Positions 49,863 to 59,354 of a DNA stretch of 64,000 bases are shown here, piece by piece. The stretch spans positions 2,744,810 through 2,808,809 of the forward strand of contig JAIZWK010000001.1 of NCBI GenBank assembly GCA_021498095.1, given 5' to 3'. Position 1 is the first letter of the stretch; every line of letters starts with the position of its first letter. The stretch comes from Candidatus Harpocratesius repetitus (lineage in GTDB: Archaea; Asgardarchaeota; Lokiarchaeia; Sigyniarchaeales; Promethearchaeaceae). The notes under the pieces were generated by a model. It searched no databases and was not told the DNA's origin. It worked only from the letters and a program-made list of their open reading frames with translations. The position numbers and the translations under genes are program-made.

Positions 49863-50813
49863 TTACATTATCAATTCATAACCGCTTTTCAATTTAAACT
49901 TAGGCCGAAAGTTTTTTGCCCACCTTATATATTCTTCTCGCAGTTCTTTTTCTGGAATTTGCTCCGCAGCAATTAACGCATAGTCCATAAATTTAATCCG
50001 CTCTGCGGTCCACGTAGTTTCAAACCCGTATTCTTCAAAAAATAGCTTCTCCCACTCCTTATAACGCTCGATATTCTCCTGCTTTCGGGGATGGATGAAC
50101 GAATCAAAATCATACATAAATTCTTCGCTGTTTTCAAACTGGGTGCAGTCCCAGAACTCAATCGGTAGAAAGGAAATATGAGGTATGCGAGGAAGATTTG
50201 AAATGTTAATCCATAATTCAGGATTATGGGTGAATTCAATCGGAATCTCCTTAACTTCGCGCAAACTCCATAATTCCAATTTTTCTAATGAAATGCTGAA
50301 TGCCCAATTGATGGGAACCTGCTTCATGCGGTGTTTTCCATCATTTTTGGGCGGCAGCGTTATTTTTTCACCATCGAACATATTTTCATAACGCTCATTA
50401 TAAAAATCTTCACCGATTGAAATTTCCCGCAGGCGATAGCAGTGGGCGAAATCTATGTTGTAATCGTCTAAAACCGCAGCAGTAGTTTCAAATTTTTGCA
50501 AATATTGATATTGATCGCACTTTAGTGGAATTTTGATATTCGAAAATCTAGAAATGCGAATATATTCTATTTTCGGCGGCCATTTAACCACCCGCAGCTG
50601 ATTTTCTCCAGATATTACAATTTCTCTGCAGTTGATGAAGGCGGAAAAATCTGCTTCGTTATTGGGAAATATGCAGCTATATGCTTCTAATTTATATACT
50701 TTATCAACATCTTTCCAATTTTTAACATCAAAATCCTGCCTAACCAGTGTTAATACTAATTTATCATTATAAACATGGCTGTATCTCACATATTTTGGAT
50801 TTTCATTATGCAT
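49863..50813 (-). CDS. Hypothetical protein (possible LRR-like repeats), in GC-elevated island
   Basis: 316 aa. Its codon composition is notably GC-richer than neighbouring genes, and LEKLELWSLREVKEIPIEF...ISNLPRIPHISFLPIEF is LRR-like. Confidence 0.45.
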   Translation of the reverse strand: MHNENPKYVRYSHVYNDKLVLTLVRQDFDVKNWKDVDKVYKLEAYSCIFPNNEADFSAFINCREIVISGENQLRVVKWPPKIEYIRISRFSNIKIPLKCDQYQYLQKFETTAAVLDDYNIDFAHCYRLREISIGEDFYNERYENMFDGEKITLPPKNDGKHRMKQVPINWAFSISLEKLELWSLREVKEIPIEFTHNPELWINISNLPRIPHISFLPIEFWDCTQFENSEEFMYDFDSFIHPRKQENIERYKEWEKLFFEEYGFETTWTAERIKFMDYALIAAEQIPEKELREEYIRWAKNFRPKFKLKSGYELIM

Positions 50814-50919
50814 AATGCTTCATCCACTTTTTTTTTCCATTTACTTTTATTTTCTTATCCAATGTATATAAAAAAAAACGATATTAAAAAATTAACCCCC
50901 TCTTCGGCGAACTTATTTT

Positions 50920-53049
50920 TTATCCGATAAATCCCTCAATCGCATCCAAATATGCATCAAAATTATTCATGGCACTTTCATCCGCATACTCTTCGTAGTA
51001 TAAGCGCATCTCATTTTTGTATTTCAGATAGTATGCGAAACACTGCTTCAGCATCAGTAACTGCGAATTTGAATTGAAGATACTCACGGGATTTTCAATC
51101 TGAGCGTACCATTGGTCGAGTCGGGAGTCAAATTGAATGTTGCCGTTCTCATCCAAAGTGGGAACGAAGTATTCGATTGATTTATCTTTACTTATCTTAA
51201 TTGTTATGGTTTCACCTTTAACGCCGAATGCCTTGATGATGCCTTCAATTCGGTTCCATGTGGCAATGTATGCATTTCTATTACTACCATGGCTTGATTC
51301 CATCATCAACTTAATATCGTTGTAAAACCTTTTCTTTTTTAAATTTGAATCTTTCAAATCCTGCTCGGATGAATGCAGCGTATACTGTTCGTAAACCCAC
51401 CTTGCCAGCATGGATACGGAGTCTCGGATGCTGGAGCCTTGAAATTGTGCAAGATTGCGGAGGTTGAAAAAGGCACGACCGTCTTCAAGTTCAATCAGCA
51501 CCATTTTAGTGGCATCTCCACCAATTTTTTCTCCCATCATTTCAGTAAATTTATCCATACCTTTATGATTTTCAAATATGTTTATCATGGATAAGCCGTT
51601 CTGGAAGGTAGTCCACACCTTGCGCGATTTTTCTGTATAATATTCGATATTAGTATCTTCTACTCCGTGCATTCCCACGCCGTAAATACCGGGATACCGC
51701 CAATTAACCGCACTGCCGTCCGCTCCAATTAGGTTCAGCATATTCTCAAATACCAGAAAATCCATAACGAAGCGCTCAATCCCATTATTTATTTTGGGTT
51801 CGTTGGTTTTATAATATTCTTCATTCACCGGGTCCCACAAATCCATGGAAAACTGTGGAATTATCATGGAATAGGGCGAAGGTGTGGTAGGGACAATGTC
51901 TTTAACGGCATCTGAAATCGGGGTGCCGAGTTGGAAGAATTTAATTTTGTGTTCTTCATCATTTTGAATTTGACCGACCATACTTCCGAAAACCAACACT
52001 TCTCTTCCCGAACCGATCATTTCACTTTTAGCCATTCCGAATTGTATGAAATTTGCAATAAATGCATTTTTTTTGGCACCTATTATTATGATTGGGTCGG
52101 GGAGGGCGCTGGGGGGCACATAGTAGTGATGATCATCGACTACTTTTTCGCTGAGATAGTTTTTAACTCTATCTTGATCTGGAGATTCTAATTTATTTTG
52201 AACAAGATAATCGATAGTTGAGCGAAATGCTTCGATATTGGTAAAAAGGGATGCCAAAGAAATCCAAGCTGCCTGCATCAGCTCCCATTCGTGAATTTGG
52301 GATGAAGAAAGCAAAGAACCAATACTATACAATTTTGATTCTTTAATAAATTGTAAATATTCGCTGTATCCAAGTCTTTTCTGCAAAAACTGGGTCAAAT
52401 AATCAGCAGCACCTCCAGGATTAACTGCAATTTTCTTATCTGTAAAACCTCCTGCATCTTGGGAAATTTCACTGATTTTATATAAAATATATTCAATTTG
52501 ATTAATTACTCCATTATTCCATCTTAATGTATGATCCTTTTTTTTACGGACAGTCCGCCAGTATTTATGAGTCTTATCCGCGTCAAACAATTCTTTTATT
52601 TCGCTGATATATTGTAAATCATCTAAGGACTCATCGAAAAAGTGCTCTCTTAATTCTGTGCCGGCGCCGGGAAGGTCTTTATCCAAAGCGTTAAAATCAA
52701 AAAATAAGTCTCTAAGCTGCTCTGCAATATCGGGAACATTCTTATAAATATTTTTTAATGTGCTTCTAATGATTTGTAAACCAAATTTATAATTCCATGC
52801 ATTTGCGTTTTTTCCATTTTTATAATATTTTCTTATACCAGCTATATGGTTTTTTGCAATTTTTTGAAAAGCAAATGAAAGCAGCCGAATTTCAAATATT
52901 CCTTTCCGCCAATTTATATTAGTATATAAAGGAGTTGATTCACCCTCTAAGCTTTTTGCACTTTCCACCTTATTATTTATCAAAATACGAACTGTTTGAG
53001 ATTTTGGATATTCAAGTTGTATACGATTGCATAGGTAAAAATGATTCAA
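50920..53049 (-). CDS. Hypothetical 709-aa protein, in GC-elevated island
   Basis: It is a long, clean ORF with no motif I can assign. Local GC is about 43-45% versus about 30% elsewhere. Confidence 0.45.
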   Translation of the reverse strand: MNHFYLCNRIQLEYPKSQTVRILINNKVESAKSLEGESTPLYTNINWRKGIFEIRLLSFAFQKIAKNHIAGIRKYYKNGKNANAWNYKFGLQIIRSTLKNIYKNVPDIAEQLRDLFFDFNALDKDLPGAGTELREHFFDESLDDLQYISEIKELFDADKTHKYWRTVRKKKDHTLRWNNGVINQIEYILYKISEISQDAGGFTDKKIAVNPGGAADYLTQFLQKRLGYSEYLQFIKESKLYSIGSLLSSSQIHEWELMQAAWISLASLFTNIEAFRSTIDYLVQNKLESPDQDRVKNYLSEKVVDDHHYYVPPSALPDPIIIIGAKKNAFIANFIQFGMAKSEMIGSGREVLVFGSMVGQIQNDEEHKIKFFQLGTPISDAVKDIVPTTPSPYSMIIPQFSMDLWDPVNEEYYKTNEPKINNGIERFVMDFLVFENMLNLIGADGSAVNWRYPGIYGVGMHGVEDTNIEYYTEKSRKVWTTFQNGLSMINIFENHKGMDKFTEMMGEKIGGDATKMVLIELEDGRAFFNLRNLAQFQGSSIRDSVSMLARWVYEQYTLHSSEQDLKDSNLKKKRFYNDIKLMMESSHGSNRNAYIATWNRIEGIIKAFGVKGETITIKISKDKSIEYFVPTLDENGNIQFDSRLDQWYAQIENPVSIFNSNSQLLMLKQCFAYYLKYKNEMRLYYEEYADESAMNNFDAYLDAIEGFIG

Positions 53050-53237
53050 AATTCTTAACTAAATTAAAGATGAGTTGTTATTTTCAAAGATTAAATTTTG
53101 ATTTGTCTATTTCTTTTTCCAGTTATATTACAAAAAGATCATAATGTTAAATATTTACGATGATAAAACATATAATTATTAAGAATCACATAAATATTTT
53201 TTATTATTTATGAATAATTTGAAGGAGAAACTAAAAA

Positions 53238-53516
53238 ATGAACGATCAAATACCTCCAGCAACAAATGAAAAATGGCAAGCTCTAATTCTTGGACTAGAT
53301 TACAAAAATTTTGAGTTCTTTCCTGTAAAATTGCTTTTAGCTAGATTGCAATTGAAAGTAAAACAAGATCCAAGCGAAGAAAATGTTTTACAATGTTCTA
53401 AAGAATTAAGACAATTATTTGTGAAAAATCAGCACATTCCTAAAGCGAAAAGGGATCTAGATAAAATTTTCAAAAAGAAATTTAATTTCAAAAGATTTTT
53501 AAGAAGGAGAAGATAA
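53238..53516 (+). CDS. Small hypothetical protein with basic C-terminus
   Basis: 92 aa ending FLRRRR. Its 3' end runs into the tandem repeat. Confidence 0.3.
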   Translation: MNDQIPPATNEKWQALILGLDYKNFEFFPVKLLLARLQLKVKQDPSEENVLQCSKELRQLFVKNQHIPKAKRDLDKIFKKKFNFKRFLRRRR

Positions 53517-53612
53517 AGAAAAAGAAGATAAAGAAGGAGAAGATAAAGAAAAAGAAGATAAAGAAGGAGAAGATAAAGAAAAAGAAGATAAAGAAGGAGA
53601 AGATAAAAAATG
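53505..53612. repeat. 30-bp tandem repeat (AAAGAAGATAAAGAAGGAGAAGATAAAGAA) x about 3.6, with a 15-bp sub-period
   Basis: Seen directly. Each unit contains an AGGAG Shine-Dalgarno-like core. The array ends at the ATG of the 53610 gene. Confidence 0.85.
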
Positions 53613-54632
53613 ACAGAAATAAAGATGAATAATCAATTAATGACACTCGAACAGACAAATTTGCTTATTGAGAGTGGAAAATTTTTGATGATAGCAGGAG
53701 ATGAAAAACTTCTATTGCAATTAAAAAAAGGTAACTGGATTGCAGGAACAATACCATACTTCATGGATGTTAATGGTGGTGTTTCTACAAGAGATGAATG
53801 TTTTGTCACCGTGTTACCTGATTTTATTCTTGATTTAGAAATAAAAACATATGATAAAGATGATATTAAAAATGTTTTCGTCGATAGTAAAGATAATGGA
53901 ATTAATTTTATTATTATTCCTGCAATGAGTGAAGTTCATTTCAACTTTGCTTTAAATGCTCCGATTTTTAAAAATTTTGGATATAATCCTTTAATTGGAT
54001 GGATTGCCGGAGTTCATTTGGATGATATTAATAATACAACGGCAAAAACCGCAACTGGATTAACTGGAGAACTTAAGAATGAATACGCAGTTGTAATTCA
54101 TGGATCACTTCCTGATACAAAATATGCTGAGATAGATATTGTAAATATTTTTACCCAAGGCTCAGGAGATGAAATTCAATTTTTAGAAGACAGTTTCAAG
54201 GTTAAAGATGCTTTAATAAATGGTAAGAAGCAAAATTTTGCAGAATATCTCAAAAAAATTAATCATGATACCCGATTTCCATTGGTTGCAGATTACATGG
54301 GTGTAATGATAAATATCAGTTATCAATCAATAGATGAAGATAACATGGAAGTAAATTTTTATGCTCCTGTATTTAAAGGACAGATATATAAAAATGCTGA
54401 AAAATTAGAAGATTATGTCTCAAAATTTGAACATGAAATGCCTAAAGAAGATATAAATTATATTACTTTTAGTTGTAATTGTATTTTAAATTATCTTTAT
54501 TCAGAATTAGAAGGAAAGAAAACAGAGGGAATTACTGGGCCTATAACATTTGGTGAAATAGGATACCAACTTTTGAATCAAACTTTAGTTTATATTACAA
54601 TAAAAGATTACACAGATGAAGAATTGAAATAA
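53610..54632 (+). CDS. Hypothetical protein
   Basis: 340-aa ORF with no motif I can assign (LMIAGDEKLL...GNWIAGTIPYFMDVNGG). Confidence 0.45.
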   Translation: MTEIKMNNQLMTLEQTNLLIESGKFLMIAGDEKLLLQLKKGNWIAGTIPYFMDVNGGVSTRDECFVTVLPDFILDLEIKTYDKDDIKNVFVDSKDNGINFIIIPAMSEVHFNFALNAPIFKNFGYNPLIGWIAGVHLDDINNTTAKTATGLTGELKNEYAVVIHGSLPDTKYAEIDIVNIFTQGSGDEIQFLEDSFKVKDALINGKKQNFAEYLKKINHDTRFPLVADYMGVMINISYQSIDEDNMEVNFYAPVFKGQIYKNAEKLEDYVSKFEHEMPKEDINYITFSCNCILNYLYSELEGKKTEGITGPITFGEIGYQLLNQTLVYITIKDYTDEELK

Positions 54633-54660
54633 GTAATTCTGAATTCAGACTTTAAAATTG

Positions 54661-54969
54661 AGGATATTTTATTTTTTTTAATTTAAACGCTTTTTTGAAT
54701 ATCAATTATATATATCCGACTTAATTCTGAAATATCGCAATTCTTTTTTTGTCGAACTCGATTTTTTCAAAAAATTTATTAAAAATTTACCATAATGTTT
54801 ATAAATTCTTCAATTTGATGTTGACTTTATCATAATTTTTGAATTACATATCTTGAATTTGGCAACTTAGTAAAATCGACAAAAAATAAGGAAGGATATA
54901 TTAGAATTGAGTCGGAAGAATTAAAATGATATAATGAAAAAATTCGAATTTTTGAAATTTAAAATACCC
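54661..54969. repeat. Copy B of the ~309-bp noncoding repeat, inverted relative to 12111-12419
   Basis: Its reverse complement aligns to 12111-12419 at about 89% identity, with an identical 40-bp core. Confidence 0.8.
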
Positions 54970-55004
54970 TTAATTTAAAATTTAAAATTTAGAATTTAGA
55001 AGAA

Positions 55005-55631
55005 CTACAGTATTTTTGCATACCTTTTTTTTTGCAATTTTGTTAAATCCTTTGCATTTTTCATTATTAATCTAAGATTATCACCTATATTATCTAATAA
55101 AATTTCTAATTTATAGTCAGTAAGTTGATCTAGAAAACTTAAAATTAATCTTATAGTTTGTCTTTCATTATAGCGCCCCTCGATGGCGTCATCTAATAAG
55201 TTTAAAATCTTTTCTTGCTCTTCTAAGTAAATATATGTTTCAATACCAAAGATTTGTCCAACAATTGCTCCAAATTCATCAAATTTGCTGATTTCTACTA
55301 CTTCATTTTTGATATAATCTAAATATTGAATTCTAAATGCTTCGCCTACTTCTTCTAATAAATTTTGGCTGATTTTTTTTTTTATTGGTTTTTTTGAGCT
55401 TAAAGCTATTTGAAATTCAGGATATGATTTGATATAGACATATTTATTTCCTAAAGTGATTTCTTCAAAATGGGAACCAAAAAATTGCTTAGAGAATATT
55501 GATAATGAAGTAAATAAACTTGAAAATGTTTCTTTATCCATATGTAGAAGTGATCTCTCAAACACTCTATGAACATAGATCTCTCCTTGTTGACTTAAAA
55601 TTAAAAGAAATTCAAGATCTTGAATATTCAT
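55005..55631 (-). CDS. Hypothetical protein with possible N-terminal Roadblock/LC7-like domain
   Basis: The N-terminal 80 aa fit a beta-alpha-beta roadblock-like pattern (LEFLLILSQQGEIYVHRV...EEITLGNKYVYIKSYPEFQIALSS). Confidence 0.3.
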   Translation of the reverse strand: MNIQDLEFLLILSQQGEIYVHRVFERSLLHMDKETFSSLFTSLSIFSKQFFGSHFEEITLGNKYVYIKSYPEFQIALSSKKPIKKKISQNLLEEVGEAFRIQYLDYIKNEVVEISKFDEFGAIVGQIFGIETYIYLEEQEKILNLLDDAIEGRYNERQTIRLILSFLDQLTDYKLEILLDNIGDNLRLIMKNAKDLTKLQKKRYAKIL

Positions 55632-55729
55632 TCTTATATGAATATAAGCGAGATTAACCTTAATATTTACGTTATTACATCTATTTGGGTACTTCTATGA
55701 TAAAAAAGTGAAAAAAAGGACAATTTTAT

Positions 55730-56899
55730 TTATTTTAATTGTTCAATAATTCCAAAATCTCGATAAAGTGATAATTCTTTCAGAATGATCTGATCATTAT
55801 CAGTAAGCTTATCACGCAGTAATCTAGAGATTAATTCACCAATTCCAGGACCCAACATATATCCTTGGCCGCACATACCAATTGTATTGATAAAATTATC
55901 AATTTCTTTTACATGACCTACAATTGGTGCTCCATCAGGAGTATCAGGATATAAACCCCTCCAAGTACGACGAACTTTGATATTTTTTAATCGGGGAAGC
56001 AGTTGAATCATACGTTTGGCAATTTGAGGAAGAAATCGACTAGTTTCTTCACGATCATGTCCAAAATAAGGAGGATCTGGGGTAATACAGAAAATTATTT
56101 GACCTTCATTGTTTTGGTAAAAGTAAAAATTTTTAGAATTGCCGAATACTGAGTCAGTGCAAGGACGTATATCTACTACCATTGGTCTAAGAAAATACTT
56201 TACAGGTTCAGTAATCCCTGCTTCATGACTAGTAGGTGCAACAGGAAGATCTAAACCAACCATATTACCAATTTCTTTCGCATAACCACCCGCAGCATTT
56301 ATAATCCATTTTGCGCTATATTCAGCTTTATCAGTAATAATTGTCTCAATTGTTGTTCCATTTTTTTTAATTGCAGTTACCTTTTCATTAAAATGAAATT
56401 CTGCGCCATTTTTTAAGGCATCACGATAAAATGCATTAGCTGCTAGCAAAGGGGAGGCATTTCCATCACTAGGACTGAAAGTACCACCTAAAAGACCATC
56501 AGAATTAATGCCTGGAACTAATTCTTTTATTTTTTCAGGCCCATAAAAATCGATATTTAGTCCTAAAGATTTCTGAAGTTTTACATTATTTTGAAATAAT
56601 TGAGCATGTTCTTGGGTATATGCAACATAACAATAACCACCTTGAACCCAACTGATATCATCACCATGTTCCTGCTTCCAATTCGAAAATATTTCAATAC
56701 TTCGGAGTCCAAGTAAAATTTTAGCGCGCTGAGTATGTGTCGCACGAATCCCACCAATAGCATGTTTATTATCCCCTTGAGAAACTGAAGCCTCTTTTTC
56801 AATGACAAGTACACTTAAGCCATCACGAGCACAATATTGAGCAATTGGAATTCCAACACTTCCGGCTCCAATAACAATAACATCATATTTTTTTAACAA
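55730..56899 (-). CDS. FAD-dependent oxidoreductase, beta subunit of sarcosine-oxidase / archaeal L-proline-dehydrogenase-like complex
   Basis: It has the dinucleotide-binding motif DVIVIGAGSVGIPIA and DAO-family collinearity. Its start overlaps the upstream alpha gene's stop. Confidence 0.75.
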   Translation of the reverse strand: MLKKYDVIVIGAGSVGIPIAQYCARDGLSVLVIEKEASVSQGDNKHAIGGIRATHTQRAKILLGLRSIEIFSNWKQEHGDDISWVQGGYCYVAYTQEHAQLFQNNVKLQKSLGLNIDFYGPEKIKELVPGINSDGLLGGTFSPSDGNASPLLAANAFYRDALKNGAEFHFNEKVTAIKKNGTTIETIITDKAEYSAKWIINAAGGYAKEIGNMVGLDLPVAPTSHEAGITEPVKYFLRPMVVDIRPCTDSVFGNSKNFYFYQNNEGQIIFCITPDPPYFGHDREETSRFLPQIAKRMIQLLPRLKNIKVRRTWRGLYPDTPDGAPIVGHVKEIDNFINTIGMCGQGYMLGPGIGELISRLLRDKLTDNDQIILKELSLYRDFGIIEQLK

Positions 56900-56901
56900 A
56901 T

Positions 56902-59013
56902 TTATTCCTCCTTTGATTTACCTTGAGCAAAATATCCTAATGGAACTTCTACAAATAATGGCCGTTTAGTATTCTTTACAATTTTTTCATTCTCTATGCC
57001 TTCTTCACGAAACAACCGTTCGATTAAAGAAGTGCATGTTTTTCCACCACATGCACCCATTCCAGCTCGTGTGATTGCTTTAAGTTGGTTCATATCAGTA
57101 ATTCCTTTTCTAATCCATTCACGAATTTCACCTGCAGTAACCCGTTCACAACGGCAAACGATAGCTGTATCAGGCAAAGGTGCCTTTATATATGTTTCAA
57201 GAGGCTCAACCTTATGATCTTTCCAAGTTCTCACTCCAATTGCCTGTTTAGCAATATCTTTTGGTAATTCTACAGTAATCAACTGTGTATGTGGAAATTC
57301 GGGGATAAATCTTGCTCTTTTGACTTCAAACTGCCCAAGAACACCAGAATTATCTAATATCGTAACAATTTCACCTTTAGATAACTTTTCAGTAGCTATT
57401 TCATAGGGTAAAGTGACTTTTGGCATTTGGGGGTCTTTTCGAAAATCAACTAATGTAATAGCTAAGCCAGGACAAACAGCAACGCAGCGCCCACAACCAG
57501 TGCAATTTTTTTCACCTTTAAAATATGGAAGAGTGGTGATTTCTTGATTTTCTGTCTCAATCTGTTCTTGTGGGCAAACAGTGGTACAAGGATTACATGG
57601 TATCTCTTGGTTACAATGAAAAACTGGAAAAATACCTTCCATTTTTTCTGGAATATCCCGTTCAATTGGTTTTGGAGGGCGAGCTTTCATTATCTGCGCT
57701 TTTTTCTCCAATTCTTCTAACTTTCCATATTTATCAAAATCATCAGCAATATCTAATTTCATATCTTTAAGTATTTTAATAGCTTCGATTCTTCCTGTAA
57801 AAATTGCTGCTGAAGCTTCTGCTATTTCTTGAGCATCTCCTGCCACCCATACTGGAATATTATATTGAAGGGCTTTTTGGTAAAATTCATCCACTGGATT
57901 CAAGCCCACAGCAATTAAAACAGTATCACATTCAAATGTTTTTTCTGTGCCTGGTATAATATTCCAATTTTCATCAAGTTGAGCTATGGTAATGGATTCA
58001 ACCTGTTCTTTACCATTTGCTGAAACGATAGTATGACGAGTATAGATAGGAACACCCAATCTACGAAGCTTAGTTTCGTGAACATGATACCCTCCACAAC
58101 TTGGAAGTGCTTCAATCAAGCCCACCACTTCAATACCAGCTTGAATTGCATGATATCCTGCAATTAATCCGACATTTCCACCACCAACAATAAATATTCG
58201 TTCTGAAGCTTTTACCATATCTCGATTAACTAATGTTTGAAAAGCACCAGCTCCATATACTCCAGGTAATGTATCTCCTGGGAAAATCAACATCTTTTCT
58301 CTTGCACCTGTAGCTACAAGCAACCGCTCTGGTTTAATTAAAATATACTCTTTATTGTCTTTCAATACACCAATTAATCCATCTCGAAATACAGCAAGGG
58401 CGGTAGTATTTAACCAGATTTTTACAGATTCTAAAGAACGAACTTCTTCACCCAAAATTTTTCCAATTTCTATACCACGTTTTCCAGCATATACATCTTT
58501 CTGAGAACCGAAGAATTTATGAGTTTGGAGCACCAATTTACCTCCAGTTCGATCTTTATCATCGATCAGCAGAACTTGAATGTTTTGGGAACCTAATATT
58601 TTTGCTGCAGAAAGACCAGCCGGACCTGCTCCAATTATCAAAACTTGTGTAGAAATAATTGATGGATCACCTATATGAAGAGCTGAATCATCTGCTGGTA
58701 AAGATGGAAGACCTTCACAACTTTCAATTTTCATATTTTCTTTTAATGGTGTCATACATGCTTTCATTGGCTTTCCATCAACTAATACTGTACATTGTGC
58801 ACATTGTCCATTAGCGCAAAAAATTCCTTGTGGAGAATTGTCTTTCGGATGATGTCCAAATGTTTTAATTCCATGAAGAAACAATACAGATGAAATCACC
58901 ATATCTTCATAACCAATTAGTTCTTGCCCATTAAATGTAAAATTTACAGATTTACGGGAGGGATATTTTAGTATAGGATGAGATTTAATTTCTTTCAAGG
59001 TCATAATACTCAA
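56902..59013 (-). CDS. Alpha subunit: 2Fe-2S (SoxA/HcnA-type) N-terminus, NAD/FAD pyridine-nucleotide oxidoreductase domains, 4Fe-4S dicluster, BFD-like [2Fe-2S] domain
   Basis: It has CANGQCAQCTV, two GxGxxG motifs (VLIIGAGPAGLSAA; IFIVGGGNVGL), CTGCGRCVAVCPG and CRCERVTAGEIREW...GACGGKTC. Confidence 0.75.
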   Translation of the reverse strand: MSIMTLKEIKSHPILKYPSRKSVNFTFNGQELIGYEDMVISSVLFLHGIKTFGHHPKDNSPQGIFCANGQCAQCTVLVDGKPMKACMTPLKENMKIESCEGLPSLPADDSALHIGDPSIISTQVLIIGAGPAGLSAAKILGSQNIQVLLIDDKDRTGGKLVLQTHKFFGSQKDVYAGKRGIEIGKILGEEVRSLESVKIWLNTTALAVFRDGLIGVLKDNKEYILIKPERLLVATGAREKMLIFPGDTLPGVYGAGAFQTLVNRDMVKASERIFIVGGGNVGLIAGYHAIQAGIEVVGLIEALPSCGGYHVHETKLRRLGVPIYTRHTIVSANGKEQVESITIAQLDENWNIIPGTEKTFECDTVLIAVGLNPVDEFYQKALQYNIPVWVAGDAQEIAEASAAIFTGRIEAIKILKDMKLDIADDFDKYGKLEELEKKAQIMKARPPKPIERDIPEKMEGIFPVFHCNQEIPCNPCTTVCPQEQIETENQEITTLPYFKGEKNCTGCGRCVAVCPGLAITLVDFRKDPQMPKVTLPYEIATEKLSKGEIVTILDNSGVLGQFEVKRARFIPEFPHTQLITVELPKDIAKQAIGVRTWKDHKVEPLETYIKAPLPDTAIVCRCERVTAGEIREWIRKGITDMNQLKAITRAGMGACGGKTCTSLIERLFREEGIENEKIVKNTKRPLFVEVPLGYFAQGKSKEE

Positions 59014-59354
59014 TACCTGTCATTTTACCCATTAAAATAAAGAGTTTTGATAAAGAAGACTCTAATTTTTTAATTCAAATAATGGGTTTCTCTGTTTTTA
59101 ATCATAAAATCGATTGTATTAAAATTATTTGTTTTTGGGATAATTTTGGGGAAATTTGTCGTTGAAATTTTAATCATCCCCATTAAATAAAAAAAAACTG
59201 CTTTTAATAAAATTAATATCAAATAATAAAATCTTAAACAACTTATCAAAATATTCACATTTACTTAATTACATTCTAAATGAAAGAAGTAGGCTTAAAT
59301 TTTTTAACTACAAAGATATACCATTAAAATAAAAAATTAAAGTAGAAACATATC

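Noticed and set aside
1628-57770. Numerous 60-120-aa ORFs embedded in or antisense to large genes (e.g. 1628-1816, 3253-3453, 4652-4834, 7578-7838, 10871-11233, 14621-14866, 20798-20989, 21385-21660, 31733-32059, 32062-32244, 41189-41410, 45880-46098, 46977-47177, 47537-47719, 47757-47939, 49973-50391, 51137-52191, 56581-56814, 56996-57267, 57462-57770)
   Set aside because: They overlap well-supported longer CDSs. The expected AT-rich codon bias produces long spurious antisense frames, and there are no recognisable motifs.
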